Assembly: GCA_002304425.1 (NCBI GenBank) | Contig: NEUY01000001.1 | Span: 1 to 61,494, forward strand | DNA from: Opitutia bacterium Tous-C10FEB | GTDB taxonomy: Bacteria > Verrucomicrobiota > Verrucomicrobiia > Opitutales > Opitutaceae | DNA length: 61,494 bases | Direction of reading: 5' to 3' | Shown: positions 30,897 to 39,780 of the stretch, one piece after another | Layout: every line of letters starts with the position of its first letter | Position numbering within the stretch: position 1 is the stretch's first letter | Translations under genes and position numbers: made by a program | The notes under the pieces: generated by a model | What the model saw: only the letters and a program-made list of their open reading frames with translations | What the model was told of the DNA's origin: nothing | Database searches by the model: none

Positions 30897-32114
30897 TTAG
30901 GTGGTCGCGAAAATTCGCGCGAGACTAACCAGCCAACCTGATTTTCTCGGGGCGGGCACGGGGTGCTCATGGGCGCCACGGAGGGCGAATTCAAAAATAC
31001 CCAACGCAGTGCTAAACATAGGATCACGCAATTCGTCGTTAACCCACGTCGGGGCTTCTCCGCGTCGAGCCGGTAGACTAAAAATTCGGGCGGCCGCTTC
31101 TTCCAAACCGGGCATCCGGGAAGTTCCCCCCGTCAAAATTACCCCCGCCCCACAATGCTGAGCCTCGAAGGCTGGGCCGAGTTTTTGCTTCACCACCTCA
31201 AGGATCTCCAACGTGCGCGCCGCCGTGATCGTCTCGATGGCCAATTTAGAGATTTGCCGGTCTCCGAAGGCCCCGTCCCCATTCAACCAAACTTTATCGG
31301 TTTTGTCGCGGGTCTGGATCGTGCCCCGCGCATGCCGCAGTTTGAGCATTTCTGCTTGGGCCGTGGTGATGCGTAAACCGAGACTGAGATCATTCGTGAG
31401 ATGCTCGCCAGCCACCGCGAGCGTCCCGGTCACGAGCACATGGCCGTCACGGTACAGCACGTAATCAGTTACGCCTTTGCCCATATCGATCACCAGCGCG
31501 CCCTTGGTCCGCTCCTCAGTATTCGTCAGCAACGAACCGCTCGCCAAACTGGCGAGCACGAGCTCTCGCACTTCTAAATGATAACCGCCGATGACATGGA
31601 TATTATCGCTCACTTTGCTCGCCGGTCCGTGGATGATCCAGTAACCCACTTCCAAGCGGCGCGCGACCAAATGCTCGGGGGCTGGCACGGTGCGACCGTC
31701 CAATCGGTAAGGTCGCCGAATTTCATGAATGCGTGAACGGCCTTCGGGCAGTTCCTTTTCTTTGGCCATCGCGCACACCGTCGCCATATCCAGCGCGGTG
31801 ACGATGTTATCCGCTGATTTCACATTAACGGAGGCTTCATTGTAAAACGCATCTAAATGGCCGCCTGATTGGGCTAGCCAGACCTCTTGAATGTCGGCGC
31901 CAGCGCGCGTGGAGGCCATTTCCAAGGCCTCATGGGTGGCTTCACAAGCCGCCTTATAATCCACCACCTCGCCTTTCATAATCCCTCGAGCTGAAGCAAC
32001 CCCCACCCCGATGATGTGCAGCAAGCGACTCGGCGATACTTGGCCGACCAGCACGACGATCTTATTCGTGCCGATTTCTACGGCAGCAATGATTCTGGTA
32101 CGATTAGAACTCAC
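30897..32114 (-). CDS. ftsA: Cell division protein FtsA
   Basis: EIGT.KI, G..KG.V.D, IDMG.G.T, T.DL..GL and LTGG.S. Position between ftsQ and ftsZ. Confidence 0.94.
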   Translation of the reverse strand: MSSNRTRIIAAVEIGTNKIVVLVGQVSPSRLLHIIGVGVASARGIMKGEVVDYKAACEATHEALEMASTRAGADIQEVWLAQSGGHLDAFYNEASVNVKSADNIVTALDMATVCAMAKEKELPEGRSRIHEIRRPYRLDGRTVPAPEHLVARRLEVGYWIIHGPASKVSDNIHVIGGYHLEVRELVLASLASGSLLTNTEERTKGALVIDMGKGVTDYVLYRDGHVLVTGTLAVAGEHLTNDLSLGLRITTAQAEMLKLRHARGTIQTRDKTDKVWLNGDGAFGDRQISKLAIETITAARTLEILEVVKQKLGPAFEAQHCGAGVILTGGTSRMPGLEEAAARIFSLPARRGEAPTWVNDELRDPMFSTALGIFEFALRGAHEHPVPAPRKSGWLVSLARIFATT

Positions 32115-33081
32115 GTTTACCTTTGCTTTGACCCACTGGTTTTAAAAAATTTCCAGACGGCTTAGACGACGCGTCAGGCGAGGCATTTTCCAACCTAACT
32201 GGCACTTGTCCGTCAAAAGTTAAATTAACTGATTTAAGCATCGGATCCGGTAATTCATGGGCTCGATCGATAATATAGTCGAGCTGCGCCACTTGCTTAA
32301 AGAAAGGCCGTTTACGGGTAAAGATGATCTCGGGAATATCCTGCGCTTTTACCACAATTTCATCCGCCACGGCTAAACGCGCCAGCGAAACAATCAACCA
32401 ACCACGATAAAGGTGCGGAGCTTGCAGCTGCACCGTGGAAAGCAAAGACGAGACCTCCGCCATCCCGGCAATGGGGACGAAGCCCTCCGCCGATGGCACG
32501 AGCCGAATTCCATCCAGCCACGGTAGCCCAGCCAACATCTGCTGATCATAATTCCTGCCTTCATAGACGACCCCATCTTTCGCCACTAAAAGTTGCTGCG
32601 GAGTCGCCGCGCCCGCTTGTACCTGCACCCGCGCGACCGGCGTGCGCTCCTGCAGCGTCACGACCAGTGCGTCCGGAAAATTACGCGTCAGGACCGCAAC
32701 CTGCACTTGCCCATGTACCATGAGTCGCTTCCGCAGAGCCGGCAAATCAAGCGCCATGAGACTGATGGCCTTCGGCAAAGCCAACACCTCGCTGACCCAG
32801 GCTTGCGCCAGAACGCCGTTGGTCATCAGCACGACTTCGCGCACTCGCTCACTATGCACCGCGGTGGCCAGCGATGCTCGATCGGTGGCCCAGGAGTGCG
32901 CCAGATAATAAACCGCCCCCGTGACTCCCGCCAGCAACAGACTAATCCCGATCGCCTTCATCCAGGCCAGAATCTGTCGCTGCCGACCGCGCCGTGACAT
33001 GGCCACCGACTGCACTTCTTGGCGAATATCACGCCAGGAACGCCCCGGAGGTAACGCAGGTTTAGCTTCCGGTTCGTTCAT
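32104..33081 (-). CDS. ftsQ: Cell division protein FtsQ/DivIB
   Basis: Single TM helix followed by a POTRA-like R.FP..L.V...ER.P.A segment. Lies between ddl and ftsA. Confidence 0.82.
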   Translation of the reverse strand: MNEPEAKPALPPGRSWRDIRQEVQSVAMSRRGRQRQILAWMKAIGISLLLAGVTGAVYYLAHSWATDRASLATAVHSERVREVVLMTNGVLAQAWVSEVLALPKAISLMALDLPALRKRLMVHGQVQVAVLTRNFPDALVVTLQERTPVARVQVQAGAATPQQLLVAKDGVVYEGRNYDQQMLAGLPWLDGIRLVPSAEGFVPIAGMAEVSSLLSTVQLQAPHLYRGWLIVSLARLAVADEIVVKAQDIPEIIFTRKRPFFKQVAQLDYIIDRAHELPDPMLKSVNLTFDGQVPVRLENASPDASSKPSGNFLKPVGQSKGKREF

Positions 33082-34010
33082 TGTTTAGCGACCAGCGCGA
33101 GTTGAAAGCGTTCGACCGCCGGGGCGACTAGTTCTCGACACAGTCCCATAAAATCCAAGCCCACGCAACGCGCGCTCATCGGCATCAGGCTCGTGTCCTT
33201 CATGCCCGGCAGCGTGTTAATTTCTAACAGGTAAAGATCCCCTTCATTCGCTAACATAAAATCAATGCGCGCATAATCACGTCCACCGCAGGCGGCAAAA
33301 GCCGTCTCGGCTGCTGCGCTGATTTTTGCGGCCAACTCGTCAGAAATTTTCGCCGGAGCAAAATACTCCGTCAGCCCCTTGGTGTATTTGCTGGTGTAGT
33401 CAAAGACGCCCGATTTAGGCACGATTTCAACTACCCCCATCGCCCGGCCCCGCAAAATTCCGACGGTAAATTCGCGCCCGATAATCCGCCGCTCCGCGAT
33501 CCACTCGCCTTGCCGCAGCCCGGCTAAAGCAATCTCGAGCCCCACCTTCGAAGTCACAACCTGCAACCCCACGCTACTCCCCTGCCGATTAGGTTTGAGG
33601 ACCACCTGTTCACCCAAATCCGCCGAGAGCGCCGCCGCCGTGGGCTTGTCGGCGGCTAAAAATTGCCGCCCGGGGGCTACTACTACGCCCATCGCGGAGA
33701 CCGCTTGCCGGGTGCGCCACTTATCAAAAGCCAGCTCACTGCCGCGCGCATCACAACCCGCGTAAGCAATTCCCGCCCCCTCGAGCAATCGTTGCATGCC
33801 GCCGTCCTCGCCGAAAACTCCATGCAGGGTCGAACAAACAATGTGGCGCGCCGGATCTAGCCCGAGCGGCAAAGCATCCGTTTCCACCGAGAAAAATTGC
33901 GTCGGATAAGTATAGGCCATCGCCAGCGCCGCCGCCCGGCCTGAGCCGAGCGAAACTTCCCGCTCGGGCGAAGTGCCCCCGGCTAAAATTGCGATGATCG
34001 GTTTAAACAT
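33078..34010 (-). CDS. ddl: D-alanine--D-alanine ligase
   Basis: GGTSPEREVSL.SG, LHG.FGEDG, KP...GSSVG, DY.SKY, RIDF and LEINTLPG. Confidence 0.95.
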   Translation of the reverse strand: MFKPIIAILAGGTSPEREVSLGSGRAAALAMAYTYPTQFFSVETDALPLGLDPARHIVCSTLHGVFGEDGGMQRLLEGAGIAYAGCDARGSELAFDKWRTRQAVSAMGVVVAPGRQFLAADKPTAAALSADLGEQVVLKPNRQGSSVGLQVVTSKVGLEIALAGLRQGEWIAERRIIGREFTVGILRGRAMGVVEIVPKSGVFDYTSKYTKGLTEYFAPAKISDELAAKISAAAETAFAACGGRDYARIDFMLANEGDLYLLEINTLPGMKDTSLMPMSARCVGLDFMGLCRELVAPAVERFQLALVAKQ

Positions 34011-34067
34011 TAGGTCAGCCTCCGGTTTGATTGCTAGAGTGCAAGCCTCGCGCGCGACGTGATCTGT

Positions 34068-35039
34068 TCAGAGCACATCTCGCCAAGCTTGGCCGTAAAG
34101 CATTACTTCCGGCTCAAGCTCGATTCCACGCGCGCGGCTGACCCGAGCCCGGATTATTTTGATCAGTTCAATGATGTCCGCACTCGTCGCCGACCCGCGA
34201 TTAATAATAAAGTTGGCATGCACCGCCGAAACCTCGGCGTCGCCCACCCGCTCGCCTTTCAAACCCACTTCATCGATGAGCCGACCCGCCGAACCCGTCG
34301 ATGGATTTTTAAAAATGCAGCCCGCACTCGGCTCCCGCGGCTGAGACTCCACCCGCTTTTTCTGATAAGCCTCAATTTGTCCACGTATGGCGGTGGTCGC
34401 CGCCGCTGCTGACGCCTGCAAGTAAGCCCCGAGCGCAATGGCCTCCTGCAATTCGGCACAATGCCGATAATCCACGTGCAAAACCGCTTTTTTAAGCAAC
34501 TGGAGTTCACCCGACGGTGTCACCAACTGGACTGCCTCCACGACGTCAAACATCCACCCGCCCATCGCCCCCGCATTCATGCGCAAGGCCCCCCCGACCG
34601 AACCGGGGATTCCTTCCAGAAATTCAAAGCCCGCTAAACCCGCCTTCGTCGCTAAACCACATAAGTTTTTTAAACGCAACCCCGCCCCGACCCAGATCCG
34701 ACCATCGGGCTGAATCGTAAATTTCTGCCAATCGGGATGTGCCAGACTGATCACCACCCCGTCCACGCCAGTATCAGGAATGATTAAATTCGACCCGCGA
34801 CCCAGCATTAAAACGGGCAAGCCAAACTCCTTCGCTTGGCGCAACAACAGACATAAATCCTCGGTGTCTGCTGGCTCCGCATAAACCCGCGCGGGGCCGC
34901 CCACCCGCATCGTGGTCTTAGAGCCGAGCAGTTCATACTCCAGCAATTTGGTCGCCGGACGCAGACCGCGGCGCACCGCTCGCAAAAAATCCTCCCAAGT
35001 TGGCGCGGGGCGCAGCGTATTTATTTTAGCCGTGCTCAT
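34068..35039 (-). CDS. murB: UDP-N-acetylenolpyruvoylglucosamine reductase
   Basis: TTMRVGG.A, GRGSNL, GIPGSVGGA..MNAGA, YR, QP...SAGCIFKNP, HANFIIN and LEPEV. ATGA overlap with the murG stop. Confidence 0.95.
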   Translation of the reverse strand: MSTAKINTLRPAPTWEDFLRAVRRGLRPATKLLEYELLGSKTTMRVGGPARVYAEPADTEDLCLLLRQAKEFGLPVLMLGRGSNLIIPDTGVDGVVISLAHPDWQKFTIQPDGRIWVGAGLRLKNLCGLATKAGLAGFEFLEGIPGSVGGALRMNAGAMGGWMFDVVEAVQLVTPSGELQLLKKAVLHVDYRHCAELQEAIALGAYLQASAAAATTAIRGQIEAYQKKRVESQPREPSAGCIFKNPSTGSAGRLIDEVGLKGERVGDAEVSAVHANFIINRGSATSADIIELIKIIRARVSRARGIELEPEVMLYGQAWRDVL

Positions 35040-36187
35040 GCGACGACCTCCTCAGATTCTCGCCGGCGCCCAGCGGGGGAACCGCGGGCGAGTAGCTCCA
35101 GATCAGGCACCATGGTGGCGAGACTATCTTCCTGCGCCTGGCGGAGGAGCTGCGCGCGGAATTGTGCGAGCAGCGCGTCAGCCTGCAGCACGCGCAGCAC
35201 TTCCGCGCGCAGGGTCGGGAGGGCTGACTCCGCCAGCACCAACCCACCGCCCTGTTGCACAAAATAGGTGGCGTTGGCCCACTGATGATTATCGGCCGCC
35301 TGGGGGTAAGGTAATAAAATTGCTGGCGTCACGCAGCGCACCAATTCCGCTAAAGTCCCCGCGCCCGCGCGGCTGACCACGAGATCAGCCGCGGAAAGCA
35401 AGACGCCCACCCGATCAGAAAAAGCCTCAAACCATGCGCGCACCACGACGCCGTCATGATTCACTTGCGACCGCTCGCCCGTCTGACCCTTGCCCAACCC
35501 CGTGACACAGTACAACTGGATGCCGGCCGACGCCAGTGCCGCCCAATTATCTTCGGCCCATTGATTAAGATTGCTGGAGCCCTGACTTCCTCCGAGCAGC
35601 ACGAGTAATTTTTTGGTAGGATCTACGCCGAGTTGGGCCCGCGCCACCGCTGGGGCTTGCCGCATAATATCTGCCCGCACCGGCAAACCAGTGGGGCGCA
35701 CCCCCCGACCCCGCCGACCGGGCAAAGCCACGCCCGGAGGTAAATAAAGCCGTTGCGCCCCCCAAGCGAGGAGGCGGATCGCTCGACCAGGAATACGGTT
35801 GGCTTCATGCAAAGCGACCGGGATACCCCGCAGCCAACCGGCCAGCACCACGGCCGCACTGGTGAATCCCCCAAAACCAATAATGACATCCGGTTGATAG
35901 GCGCAGATGAAGCGCAGACTAAATAATAAGCCCTTCAGCTGTTCTGCATAAAAACGCAGCAACCCGCGCGGTCCCCAGCTGAAAGGAGCACTCGGCACTC
36001 GCTCGACGGCCAACTGCGCGTAGTGGGCCACGAGACGCGCATCTACTTTTTTCTGACTGATAAAAAGTGTGACGCCATGACCGCGCGCCAGCAGCGCTTC
36101 CGCCAACGCAATCCCCGGCGAGAGGTGCCCGCCCGTGCCACCACAAGCGATGACAAAGCGGCGCGCATTAACTCCCGCGGCACTCAT
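35036..36187 (-). CDS. murG: Lipid II GlcNAc transferase MurG
   Basis: GGTGGH..PG, GFGGF, HEAN..PG, G.PVR, GGSQG, SRAGA.T.AE and HQ..NA. ATG at 36187 overlaps the ftsW stop. Confidence 0.95.
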   Translation of the reverse strand: MSAAGVNARRFVIACGGTGGHLSPGIALAEALLARGHGVTLFISQKKVDARLVAHYAQLAVERVPSAPFSWGPRGLLRFYAEQLKGLLFSLRFICAYQPDVIIGFGGFTSAAVVLAGWLRGIPVALHEANRIPGRAIRLLAWGAQRLYLPPGVALPGRRGRGVRPTGLPVRADIMRQAPAVARAQLGVDPTKKLLVLLGGSQGSSNLNQWAEDNWAALASAGIQLYCVTGLGKGQTGERSQVNHDGVVVRAWFEAFSDRVGVLLSAADLVVSRAGAGTLAELVRCVTPAILLPYPQAADNHQWANATYFVQQGGGLVLAESALPTLRAEVLRVLQADALLAQFRAQLLRQAQEDSLATMVPDLELLARGSPAGRRRESEEVVA

Positions 36188-37341
36188 GCGACGACCTCCG
36201 TCAGCGAGCGGCGGCGGACCAGTGGCGTCGGTCGTTCCCACGTGCGCGCGGAATTAATAATCACGCCAACCAGCAAGCCCATGAGCAGAAGATTAGAACC
36301 GCCCGCGCTAATAAACGGCAACGCCATCCCCTTCGAAGGCAACAGACTCGTAACCACGCCGAGATTGATGATGGCTTGCAGACAAATCAGCAGGAGAGCG
36401 CCCGTCACGAGGAGAAACTGAAAAAGATTAGGCGCGCGCCGCACATGCAGCAAACCGGCGACGAAAATCGTGACAAAAAGTATGACGACGGTTAACGTAA
36501 AAATCAGCCCCATCTCCTCCCCCATAATCGCGAAAATATAATCGGTATGCGCTTCGGGCAGAAATGCATTTTGTTGGCGCCCATTGCCGAGTCCGACGCC
36601 ATCCACGCCGCCAGCCGCAAACGCTAACATGGCCTGCCAAGGTTGATAACCCGTGCCTTGTCGATTGGCCTCGGGATCGAGAAAGGAAAGCACGCGTTGC
36701 AGCCGCAGCGGATTAAATAAAACCAGCAGCGCGAAGAGGACCAACAATGAGCCGATGGCGGGGAGCAAGAATTTCAAACGGACGCCCGCTAAAAAAAGGA
36801 GGACCACCCCAATCGTGCCGAGCAGAAAAGCGGCGCCGAAATCTGGTTCCAAAATAATTAACCCGGAAAATAATCCAATCCAGCCGAGCGGGATAATAAA
36901 ACCCCGCAGTAAATCATGAAGTTTGCTCTGATTGAGCGCTAAGTAATGCGCGAGAGAAAATACCATCGCGAGCTTGGCAAATTCGGAGACCTGCAAGCGC
37001 ACGCCCCCAAAGCCGACCCAGCGGCGGGCTCCATTTACCTTAATCCCGATGCCGGGAATCAAGACGAACAACAAGGCGACTAGCGCGAGAACTCCCACCA
37101 CCCAGGCAAATTTGCGCAATTGCTCGAGATCGACCATCGCCACGACCCACCCGGCCGCAATCGCCACCGCGAGAAAAATAAATTGCTTATACAGATAGGC
37201 GTAGGGCCCACCCTTAATCGGCGAGCTCGCGCTAAAAAGCACCACGAGACCGAGCACCACCAGCGCCGCGACGCAGATGACGATGACGCTCGCGGGGGTA
37301 ATCCTAAGAGGTCGGCGGGGGACAGCGCTCGGCGAACTCAC
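36184..37341 (-). CDS. ftsW: SEDS peptidoglycan polymerase FtsW
   Basis: GARRW, Q.SEFAK, EPD.G, GYQ, LPEAHTDYIFA..GEE.G and LP.KG..LPFIS.GGS. Confidence 0.94.
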   Translation of the reverse strand: MSSPSAVPRRPLRITPASVIVICVAALVVLGLVVLFSASSPIKGGPYAYLYKQFIFLAVAIAAGWVVAMVDLEQLRKFAWVVGVLALVALLFVLIPGIGIKVNGARRWVGFGGVRLQVSEFAKLAMVFSLAHYLALNQSKLHDLLRGFIIPLGWIGLFSGLIILEPDFGAAFLLGTIGVVLLFLAGVRLKFLLPAIGSLLVLFALLVLFNPLRLQRVLSFLDPEANRQGTGYQPWQAMLAFAAGGVDGVGLGNGRQQNAFLPEAHTDYIFAIMGEEMGLIFTLTVVILFVTIFVAGLLHVRRAPNLFQFLLVTGALLLICLQAIINLGVVTSLLPSKGMALPFISAGGSNLLLMGLLVGVIINSARTWERPTPLVRRRSLTEVVA

Positions 37342-37353
37342 CAGGAGAGTGGT

Positions 37354-38241
37354 TTACTTCTTCGGCGGCTGTTCAACGGCAGGTGTTTCCACCTTGATCG
37401 TCGGCACCTCAGTACCCGCCCCCTTCAAGCCAGCATCGAGATCTTGGCCAAGAGCTGGGGCCATCAGTTCAAAACGGGGCGTGTTGACCGCAGGCGCGGG
37501 AGCGGCCGCGGCTGGAGCCGAGCCGGCCGTAGCGGCGACGGCGCCTGTGCTCTTCGCGCCGACGGCTTTGGAGCCAGGAATAACGAGCTGTTGGCCGACG
37601 CGAACTTTCGAGGGATCGGTGATGCTATTAGCGGCGGCGAGTTCGCCGGTGGATACTTGATATTTGCGCGCGATGACGCCGAGGCTTTCACCGGACTGCA
37701 CGGTATGCTTCACCGCATCACCCCGCGGCACCACGGCCGCTGGCTTGTCGGTGGCAATTTTGGCCGGAGCCGCGGCCGCCGAGAGATCCTTCGGCGCGCC
37801 GCCAATTCTACCGGGAACAATTAATTTCTTCCCAGGCTGGAGGGCCGTACCGCTGCTCAAATTATTGACCCTGGCCAGTTCGGTGACGGTGAGATTATTT
37901 TTCTTCGCAATGCTCCACAAACTGTCGCCCTTCCCCACCGTGTAGGTCGAAACGGGCGCGACCTCGGCTGAGGATTTAGCGGGCTCCAGAGCGGCGGCGG
38001 CCGGTGAACCTGGACGGGTCGGCGTCGCATGACCTGCACTCAGCGCGGGGGTATAGGTTAACGGCGTCGCGACGTATGCGCTGTGCTCAGCAGGCTGAGC
38101 GGCCGAGTGGGCAACCGGCGCGGTGGCATCGGGCGTTGGAATATTACGCGGACCAGTCTGACAACCGGGACTGGCAAAGATGAAGATGAACGCGAGGAAG
38201 TGCACCGCGATGACTGCTCCGAAGATTTGGAGGATTTTCAT
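37354..38241 (-). CDS. Membrane-anchored or lipoprotein with two LysM domains
   Basis: Hydrophobic N-terminus ending ASPGC. LysM repeats YTVGKGDSLWSIAK...LQPG..L.VP and HTVQSGESL..IAR.Y...VGQ.L.IP, joined by Ala/Pro linkers. Confidence 0.88.
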   Translation of the reverse strand: MKILQIFGAVIAVHFLAFIFIFASPGCQTGPRNIPTPDATAPVAHSAAQPAEHSAYVATPLTYTPALSAGHATPTRPGSPAAAALEPAKSSAEVAPVSTYTVGKGDSLWSIAKKNNLTVTELARVNNLSSGTALQPGKKLIVPGRIGGAPKDLSAAAAPAKIATDKPAAVVPRGDAVKHTVQSGESLGVIARKYQVSTGELAAANSITDPSKVRVGQQLVIPGSKAVGAKSTGAVAATAGSAPAAAAPAPAVNTPRFELMAPALGQDLDAGLKGAGTEVPTIKVETPAVEQPPKK

Positions 38242-38340
38242 AAGTAGAATATGTGAGGCAGGATGGTTATTTTGCTATCTAAAAATATATGTTATTCAGC
38301 GTTTTGGGCGAGGTGCTGCCGTCGGCGGCCGCAGTGCTGG

Positions 38341-38526
38341 TTATTGGGCGCCCCTAAAACATTTAGCGGTCCGCAACAACGGACCTTCCGGAATTATGGC
38401 CAGCCCCAGACGCAGTCGCCGCAATTTAGTCAGCGATCGCACGATGGGCTGGCGCAACAGCACCAAACTCGAACGAGTCAGCACCCGAAAATTGGGCGTA
38501 TTTTCAAAATTATATTCGATGGGCAT
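38341..38526 (-). other. 61-aa ORF in the slot normally occupied by murD (small protein or remnant)
   Basis: ATG lies 10 nt after the mraY stop. No recognisable MurD motif is present. Confidence 0.25.
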
Positions 38527-38536
38527 AAATGATTAG

Positions 38537-39652
38537 TTAACGAAGTTTTAGCGTGGCCAGACCGGCCAGCGCACACCCGAGGGAAAGTACCCAAAAGCGC
38601 AAGACCACCTTACTTTCCGGCCAACCTTTCTTTTGGAAATGATGATGAATGGGCGCCATCAAGAAGAGGCGTTGGCCCACGCCAGAGCGGCGCTTGGTAA
38701 ACTTAAACCAACCTACTTGCAAAATCACTGAAACGGCTTCGAGCACGAAGACGCCCCCCACCAAGAGAAGGGTAACGGGCTGATGAATCATGAAGGCCAT
38801 GACCCCAATCAGCCCACCGAGAGCCAGCGAACCCGTATCGCCCATGAAAACTTCCGCCGGATGAGAATTATACCAGAGAAATGCCATGCAGGCGCCAATG
38901 AGCGCGCCACAAACCACCGTCAACTCCCCCGCGCCCACCACATGGCTAATTAACAAATACCCGGAGAAATCAACCCGCCCAGCTACATACGCCATAATGC
39001 CAAAAACGAGAGCCACCGTGATCGTGCAACCGACGGCGAGTCCATCCAAACCATCCGTGAGGTTGATCGCATTGCTGAAGCCAACGATCCACAGATAAAT
39101 TAACATGAGCAGTAACCACCACGGCATATATTGGATCACCGCCGTCTTTACAAATGGCACCCACAGTTCGCGAATTTTGCCGGCGCTGAGCGGGTGCCAG
39201 AGCAAAATCCCCAGCGCGATAACCGCCGTGGCGGATTGCCAGGCGATTTTCTCCCACGATTTAATGCCGTCCTTATTTTTGTGCACCACTTTCAAATAGT
39301 CATCGCGCCAACCGGGAATGGTGAGGAGCGTATAGACCAAGAGGGCGACAAACACCCAGATATTCGGTTCAGCCCAAAGCACACTGCTGAAAAATACTGC
39401 GATAAATATAATCAACCCACCCATGGTCGGCGTGTGGCGTTTATCGAAATACGTGGCCCCTAACGCGCCCGTGCGCTCGTCGATGTAGTCGTGGCCAAAT
39501 TTCAATTCGCGGAAACGGCGAATCAGCCAAGGGCCAATGATGAAACCAATCACGAGTGCGGTGATCGCCGCGCCAATCGTGCGCACACTATTATAGTGCA
39601 ACAACCGCAACGGGCCGAACCAATCGCCGTAAGCTGATAGATAACTAAGCAT
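38537..39652 (-). CDS. mraY: Phospho-MurNAc-pentapeptide transferase
   Basis: TPTMGG, DDYLK, SNAINLTDGLDGL, NSHPAEVFMGDTGS and MAPIHHHF. Confidence 0.97.
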   Translation of the reverse strand: MLSYLSAYGDWFGPLRLLHYNSVRTIGAAITALVIGFIIGPWLIRRFRELKFGHDYIDERTGALGATYFDKRHTPTMGGLIIFIAVFFSSVLWAEPNIWVFVALLVYTLLTIPGWRDDYLKVVHKNKDGIKSWEKIAWQSATAVIALGILLWHPLSAGKIRELWVPFVKTAVIQYMPWWLLLMLIYLWIVGFSNAINLTDGLDGLAVGCTITVALVFGIMAYVAGRVDFSGYLLISHVVGAGELTVVCGALIGACMAFLWYNSHPAEVFMGDTGSLALGGLIGVMAFMIHQPVTLLLVGGVFVLEAVSVILQVGWFKFTKRRSGVGQRLFLMAPIHHHFQKKGWPESKVVLRFWVLSLGCALAGLATLKLR

Positions 39653-39779
39653 GCGGCTCCTCCGTGACGATTAATCCAGCGCGCTTGCCCGCGGCACGAT
39701 GAACGATAGTCACGCGCGGCGGCGTGAGACCTCCGCCCTCGCCCGCTTCGATTTTAAATTTTTGGATAATAAATGCCAT
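39645..39779 (-). other. 44-aa ORF filling the murF-mraY spacer
   Basis: Translated by hand: MAFIIQKFKIEAGEGGGLTPPRVTIVHRAAGKRAGLIVTEEPHA*. Starts 1 nt after the murF stop and overlaps the mraY ATG by 8 nt. Confidence 0.3.
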
Positions 39780-39780
39780 T

